A stretch of DNA of 64,000 bases from Candidatus Aerophobetes bacterium Ae_b3b (GTDB lineage: Bacteria > Aerophobota > Aerophobia > Aerophobales > AE-B3A), in assembly GCA_005223085.1 (NCBI GenBank), contig NJBP01000002.1:2427-66426 (forward strand). Direction: 5' to 3'. Shown here piece by piece: positions 59,872 through 64,000 of this stretch. The position numbers and the translations under genes are program-made. The stretch's first letter is position 1. Each line of letters begins with the position of its first letter. A model generated the notes under the pieces. It worked only from the letters and a program-made list of their open reading frames with translations, was not told the origin of the DNA and ran no database searches.

Positions 59872-59911
59872 TTTATGCCTGTCTTTTCAAAGTATAGCTA
59901 GCTTCGTCATC

Positions 59912-60712
59912 TCACCTCAACCTCCCTTGGCGATAGGCAGAAATATAATCCATACAGTATTCATCCAATCCAAGAGCTGCTTGAGCTGAGAGTAGAATAT
60001 TCATCATCCCGCGCTCACAGGGGTCAATAATTATCCCATCACATCCGGCTGCCATAAGCATAGCCAGAAAAACTTTATTTAAGTTATTCCGTAAGGGAAG
60101 CCCGAAGGAAATATTTGATAATCCAAGAGCAATGTGAGCTTCAGGGAATTCTCTTTTGGTAGCAATAATAGCATCTAAGATAAATCTTGCCTGTCCCGGA
60201 TTGGTTGAGGCGGGACGGACAAGATGATCAAAATAAACTTTATCCAGAGGAATCCCTTCTTCTTCAATTATCTTTGCTAAGTTCCTGGTGATCTTCATCC
60301 TTCCCTCATAATCTTCAGGCATACCGTTATCATCCATGGTTAATGCAATTACACCTGTTCTATATTTCTTTACCAAAGGTAGGATATCTTCAATGCGCTT
60401 TTTTTCTCCGGTAATAGAATTTATTATAGTTCCCGGTCTATTGCACAGCTTCAGCCCTTCTTCCAGTGCTAGGGAGTTAGCTGAATCAAATACAAGGGGA
60501 AGCTTTGTTGCCTTAGATACTACCTCTGTTAACCATCTCATATCATCTACTTCCTTTGCTGGATCACCGCCGGCATTAACATCTATATGAGTGGCACCTG
60601 CTTCAGTCTGTTTACGTGCTTCCAACATAATAAAATCAGCATCTCTTTCCCATACCTTTTCTTTAATTTTCTTTCGCGTCATATTAATGCGTTCTCCAAT
60701 GATTGTGAACAT
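59912..60712 (-). CDS. pterin-binding (methyltetrahydrofolate) methyltransferase domain protein, MetH/AcsE-like
   Basis: MFTIIGERIN start and Pterin_bind/DHPS-like TIM barrel sequence. Confidence 0.7.
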   Translation of the reverse strand: MFTIIGERINMTRKKIKEKVWERDADFIMLEARKQTEAGATHIDVNAGGDPAKEVDDMRWLTEVVSKATKLPLVFDSANSLALEEGLKLCNRPGTIINSITGEKKRIEDILPLVKKYRTGVIALTMDDNGMPEDYEGRMKITRNLAKIIEEEGIPLDKVYFDHLVRPASTNPGQARFILDAIIATKREFPEAHIALGLSNISFGLPLRNNLNKVFLAMLMAAGCDGIIIDPCERGMMNILLSAQAALGLDEYCMDYISAYRQGRLR

Positions 60713-60773
60713 AGCTTTTTCTCCTCCTAGTTAGTTCCCAGTTCATAATTTACAAAATAATATTGTATTTAGC

Positions 60774-61183
60774 CTGTCATTGCGAGGGACAAGGTCCCGA
60801 AGCAATCTCAAGACAGACTCGGAACAGGCTCCGTAATCTCTTATAGTTCCCCATACAAATCCCGCCATTCCTTATTCATACTATTGATTAACTCAATCTT
60901 CCTCTGCCTTGAGCCAGCTTTGATCTGTTTCTCTTTCAAAATGGCACTCTCTATATCCTCAAATACCTCATAATACACAAGTTTAGTAATGTTATATTTT
61001 TTTGTGAATCCATCGACAAGTTTTTCTTTGTGCTCATAAACCCTTCTTTTTAAATTGTTGGTAACACCTGTATAAAGTACAGTGTTCCTTTGGTTGGTCA
61101 TTATGTAAATATAGTACTGTTTATTCATTTATTTATAGATGCCATTGGATTGCTTCGTCGCTTCGCTCCTCGCAATGACAGTA
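60774..61183. mobile_element. small TIR-bounded element carrying a GIY-YIG nuclease gene
   Basis: Left end gtcATTGCGAGggacaaggtcccgaagcaatc, right end (reverse complement) gtcATTGCGAGgagcgaagcgacgaagcaatc. Gives ~35-bp imperfect TIRs enclosing the 95-aa ORF. TIR-only derivatives at 39403-39493 and 62441-62500. Confidence 0.6.
60841..61128 (-). CDS. GIY-YIG nuclease family protein (UPF0213-like)
   Basis: YYIYIMTNQRNTVLYTGVTNNLKRRVYEH: GIY...YIG, Arg, Glu catalytic pattern. Confidence 0.85.
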   Translation of the reverse strand: MNKQYYIYIMTNQRNTVLYTGVTNNLKRRVYEHKEKLVDGFTKKYNITKLVYYEVFEDIESAILKEKQIKAGSRQRKIELINSMNKEWRDLYGEL

Positions 61184-61217
61184 AATCACACAAGTTAATC
61201 CGGAGACGAATAATAGG

Positions 61218-62147
61218 TTAACCAGAAAATTTAATCACTGTTTCCAGATATTTTTTAGCTATATCAATGTAACTGGGGACTTCTTTAGCAATTAAACGAA
61301 TATGCTCAGGGGTAGTTCCGCAACATCCTCCAATCATACTTATTCCTGCTTTTATCAAATCAGGAATCAACCTTGCCATCTCTTCTGGAGTTTCCCGATA
61401 AACAGTTTTTCCCTCTTCCAGTTGAGGAGATCCTGCATTTGGTTTTATCCACAAAGGCAGGGTAGTAGCAGAACGTATAATACAGGCTATTTCAACCATA
61501 TTTTCTATTCCAGAGCCACAATTTGCTCCTACTATGTCTGCTCCAGTTTTTTCTAATTCGACCACTGCTTTTCTTGGAGTTACGCCCATCATTGTAGCGT
61601 ATCCCCTTTCTCCTTTGTTAAAAGTCATTGATACCGCTACCGAAAGATTAGAATTCTCTCTAACAGCTTTTAGAGCACACTTGGCCTCATTAAGATCTGT
61701 CATTGTCTCAACGATTACACCATCGGCACCTCCTTCTACAAAAGCCTTAACTTGCTCTGAAAAACAAGAAATCATCTCATCCTCTGCAGTCATGCCTAAA
61801 GGCTTCAGAAATTCACCAGTAGGGCCGATAGAGGCAAATACTAAGGAATCTTCCGCGATCTCCTTAGATAACTCCACACCTTTCCTGTTTATCTCTCTTA
61901 CTTTCGATGAAACACCGGCTTTTTTCAATTTAAAATAATTGCCGCCAAATGTATTGGTCAATATAATATCAGCTCCAGCTTCTCGATAAGCTCTGGCAAT
62001 GGCCCGGATATCATCAGGGCGGTCTAGATTCCACAGCTCTGGACATTCGCCAGGCACAAGTCCTCGCTTTATCATTTCTGTTCCCCAGGCTCCATCCAGA
62101 ACTAGGATTCCCCTGGAAAACAGCCTTTTCTTCCAGTCTCTTGTCAT
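61218..62147 (-). CDS. homocysteine S-methyltransferase domain protein (MetH N-terminal module-like)
   Basis: LDGAWGTEM start of the Hcy-binding barrel, Zn-ligand Cys pair (GANCGSG; GGCCGTTPEHI). Confidence 0.8.
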   Translation of the reverse strand: MTRDWKKRLFSRGILVLDGAWGTEMIKRGLVPGECPELWNLDRPDDIRAIARAYREAGADIILTNTFGGNYFKLKKAGVSSKVREINRKGVELSKEIAEDSLVFASIGPTGEFLKPLGMTAEDEMISCFSEQVKAFVEGGADGVIVETMTDLNEAKCALKAVRENSNLSVAVSMTFNKGERGYATMMGVTPRKAVVELEKTGADIVGANCGSGIENMVEIACIIRSATTLPLWIKPNAGSPQLEEGKTVYRETPEEMARLIPDLIKAGISMIGGCCGTTPEHIRLIAKEVPSYIDIAKKYLETVIKFSG

Positions 62148-62440
62148 CTTTCTTTCCTTTTTATTTTATCTGATTTTCTTCTAACGAGCCTTTAATGTCA
62201 AGACCCATTTTTTGCTGGGCTTTCCCCAAAATTTTTAAAAGGAGAAAGTCCAGGGAAGTATTGGAGCTGATAATATCTTTGTCAAAAAAATCCCAAACCA
62301 CAAATTGGTTTGGGGATTCCTCTAACTTAAAGACCATTCTGCAGATATTATTAACACATTGTTACTTTTTGTCAACCCAATTGTGACGTTAAGGCTTATA
62401 TTCCCTGCAGTCCTTGCATTTCCTGGAAGACAGGCTCGGA

Positions 62441-62528
62441 ACAAGCTCCACAATCCCATAAGATTGCCACGGTTGTTTTCAACAACCTCGCAATGACAGC
62501 GACGGAGGGGAAGAGTCCCGAGATATCC
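62441..62528. repeat. adjacent repeat fragments: family B right end (..CCTCGCAATGACAG) followed by a solo family A terminal repeat (GGGGAAGAGTCCCGAGAT)
   Basis: Sequence identity to the ends of the elements at 60774-61183 / 39403-39493 and to the left TIR of 37793 / 49453 (inverted). Confidence 0.6.
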
Positions 62529-62557
62529 TTGACAAATCTGTCTTGATAACGTAAATT
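62529..62557 (+). promoter_or_regulatory. sigma70-type promoter (TTGACA-17-TAAATT) driving riboswitch-cobU-cobT
   Basis: Consensus -35 and good -10 with 17-bp spacer, about 15 nt before the riboswitch. Confidence 0.55.
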
Positions 62558-62569
62558 GGAGACGATTTG

Positions 62570-62730
62570 AAAATTAGGTTACGTATGAGATGAGCAGATG
62601 AAGGGAATTGGGTGAAAATCCCAAGCAGTGGCGCTGCTGTAATGGGAAACGAAACCTCACAAACCACTGGAACGTGAAGTTCTGGGAAGGGAGGGAGTAG
62701 GCTGTCCCTAAGCCAGAAGACCTATCTGCT
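62570..62730 (+). promoter_or_regulatory. cobalamin (B12) riboswitch
   Basis: GAAGGGAAUUGGGUGAAAAUCCCAAGCAGUGGCGCUGCUGUAAUGGGAAACGAAACCUCACAAACCACUGGAAC...GGGAAGGGAGG: GGUGAAAAUCC, GCUGUAA, B12-box-like CCACUGG. Confidence 0.8.
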
Positions 62731-62776
62731 TTTCTAGCCATTCTTCCTTTGCGCATCACAAAGGAGGTGTTTTTTT

Positions 62777-63340
62777 ATGAAAGTTGAATTAGGAGGAGAA
62801 TCTCTCCACAAAATGGCTAAACTTATCTTTATTACTGGAGGGGCCAGGAGCGGGAAAAGCAGATTTGCCGTAAAACTGGCTAAACAGTTGGCCAGTAAGG
62901 TGACCTTTGTAGCTACAGCTATGGCAAAGGACGAAGAAATGCGGGAGCGCATCCGACGGCATCAAAAGGATCGTCCTAGCCATTGGAGATTGGTGGAGGA
63001 AGGAAAAAACCTCTCTCTCGTTCTCTCCCAGCTTGATGCTTCCTGCGAGCTGGTGATAATAGACTGCTTGAGTTTTCTCATCTCCAACCTTCTTCTCGAT
63101 AATACCGAGGAAGATACTATCATCAAACAGGTGAGGGAGATAGCTGACGAGGTAATTCATCTTCGGCCTACTTTCATCGTGGTCTCTAATGAGGTAGGTT
63201 ATGGAGTGGTACCTCCTACCAGATTAGGCCGGAGGTTCAGAGATATCTGTGGTCAAGCTAATCAAATAATGGCTGAGCAAGCCCAGGAAGTCTATTTTAT
63301 GATATCAGGAATTCCCATGAGGATAAAGAGGAACCTATAA
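62777..63340 (+). CDS. cobU: adenosylcobinamide kinase / adenosylcobinamide-phosphate guanylyltransferase
   Basis: P-loop ITGGARSGKSRFA and CobU/CobP family length. Confidence 0.85.
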   Translation: MKVELGGESLHKMAKLIFITGGARSGKSRFAVKLAKQLASKVTFVATAMAKDEEMRERIRRHQKDRPSHWRLVEEGKNLSLVLSQLDASCELVIIDCLSFLISNLLLDNTEEDTIIKQVREIADEVIHLRPTFIVVSNEVGYGVVPPTRLGRRFRDICGQANQIMAEQAQEVYFMISGIPMRIKRNL

Positions 63341-63363
63341 GAAAATAAACAAAGGAGAGCTTT

Positions 63364-64000
63364 GTGAGAAAGATCACCGAGACTATAGGGAAGATAAAAC
63401 CGATTGACGCTAGAATTCTCAAAGAGGCTCAGCGTCGACTGGATAACCTCACTAAACCTGAGAGAAGTCTGGGGAGATTGGAGGAATTAGCCAAAAAGGT
63501 GGTAGCCATCACCGGCAGAGAAAACCCCACCCTGGATAGAAAAGTTATCTTTACCATGGTGGGAGATCATGGGGTAGCCAGGCAAGGAGTGAGTGCTTTT
63601 CCTCAAGGAGTTACGGTTCAGATGGTTCATAACTTTCTTCAGGGAGGAGCAGCCATAAATGTTCTAGCCAGGGGAGTGGGAGCAAAAGTTCTAGTTGTAG
63701 ATATGGGAGTAGCTCACAAGATAAAGTCCAGCAAGAATCTGATTAACAAAAAGGTGGCCTCTGGAACACAGGATATGATGAAGGGTTCAGCTATGAGCCG
63801 GAAACAGGCTCTTGAGTCCATCAGAGGGGGAATAGAGATTTTTGAGGAGGAATGGGCTATGAGTGGCGTTGATATAGCCGGTACCGGAGATATGGGGATC
63901 GCTAATACCACCTCTAGCAGTGCCATTGTAGCCTGCATAACCGGGTGTAAAGTTCAAGATGTTACTGGTAGAGGAACGGGGATAGATGATGAGAGGCTTA
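63364..64000 (+). CDS. cobT: nicotinate-nucleotide--dimethylbenzimidazole phosphoribosyltransferase (5' partial view, continues past window)
   Basis: GTG start after RBS AAGGAGAG. Sequence KPIDARILKEAQRRLDNLTKPERSLGRLEELA..., GDMGIANTT. Partial, so absent from the ORF track. Confidence 0.8.
   Translation, partial: MRKITETIGKIKPIDARILKEAQRRLDNLTKPERSLGRLEELAKKVVAITGRENPTLDRKVIFTMVGDHGVARQGVSAFPQGVTVQMVHNFLQGGAAINVLARGVGAKVLVVDMGVAHKIKSSKNLINKKVASGTQDMMKGSAMSRKQALESIRGGIEIFEEEWAMSGVDIAGTGDMGIANTTSSSAIVACITGCKVQDVTGRGTGIDDERL

Noticed and set aside
62789-63160. 123-aa minus-strand ORF
   Set aside because: Antisense shadow of cobU, which has a P-loop and a strong RBS.
1-64000. CRISPR arrays, prophage or integrase genes, rRNA/tRNA genes
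   Set aside because: The repeats present are dispersed or inverted, not regularly spaced direct repeats. No integrase or recombinase ORFs, no obvious tRNA cloverleaf or rRNA-like stretches were seen by eye. tRNA detection without tools is unreliable.

Overview
Bacterial chromosomal window of about 45% GC, densely coded, containing the replication origin (dnaA at 32018-33361 with DnaA boxes on both sides). Left 27 kb is a single minus-strand array of roughly 25 genes that looks like an accessory substrate-utilisation island: three modules each made of a sugar-type ABC importer (SBP plus two permeases; one module with a MalK-like ATPase), a sulfatase-fold enzyme in which the formylglycine Cys/Ser is replaced by Thr (T-x-P-x-R), and an NPP-type (AlkP-superfamily) phosphodiesterase-like enzyme, plus two tandem arylsulfotransferase-like beta-propellers, a Thermus-type ATP sulfurylase, a PAPS-reductase/CysD-family PP-loop gene, an Fe-ADH and an aldo-keto reductase. 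A conserved ~30-nt box sits upstream of the three SBP genes and the AKR gene, and IclR and GAF-ANTAR regulators lie at the island edge. Right part holds housekeeping genes (nadE, HIT, dnaA, trx, yicC-gmk-rpoZ, folK, dapA, a lysA-dapF fusion, argH), a MazF/RHH toxin-antitoxin pair and a sugar-alcohol operon. It also holds a cobalamin block: a TonB-dependent receptor behind a cobalamin riboswitch, TonB, a B12-binding radical SAM gene, split MetH-like Hcy and pterin genes, and a second cobalamin riboswitch upstream of cobU-cobT. Two families of MITE-like repeats are present. One family is bounded by terminal inverted repeats that also flank a small GIY-YIG nuclease gene inserted between the split MetH-like genes. 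No CRISPR array, rRNA or obvious tRNA was recognised.
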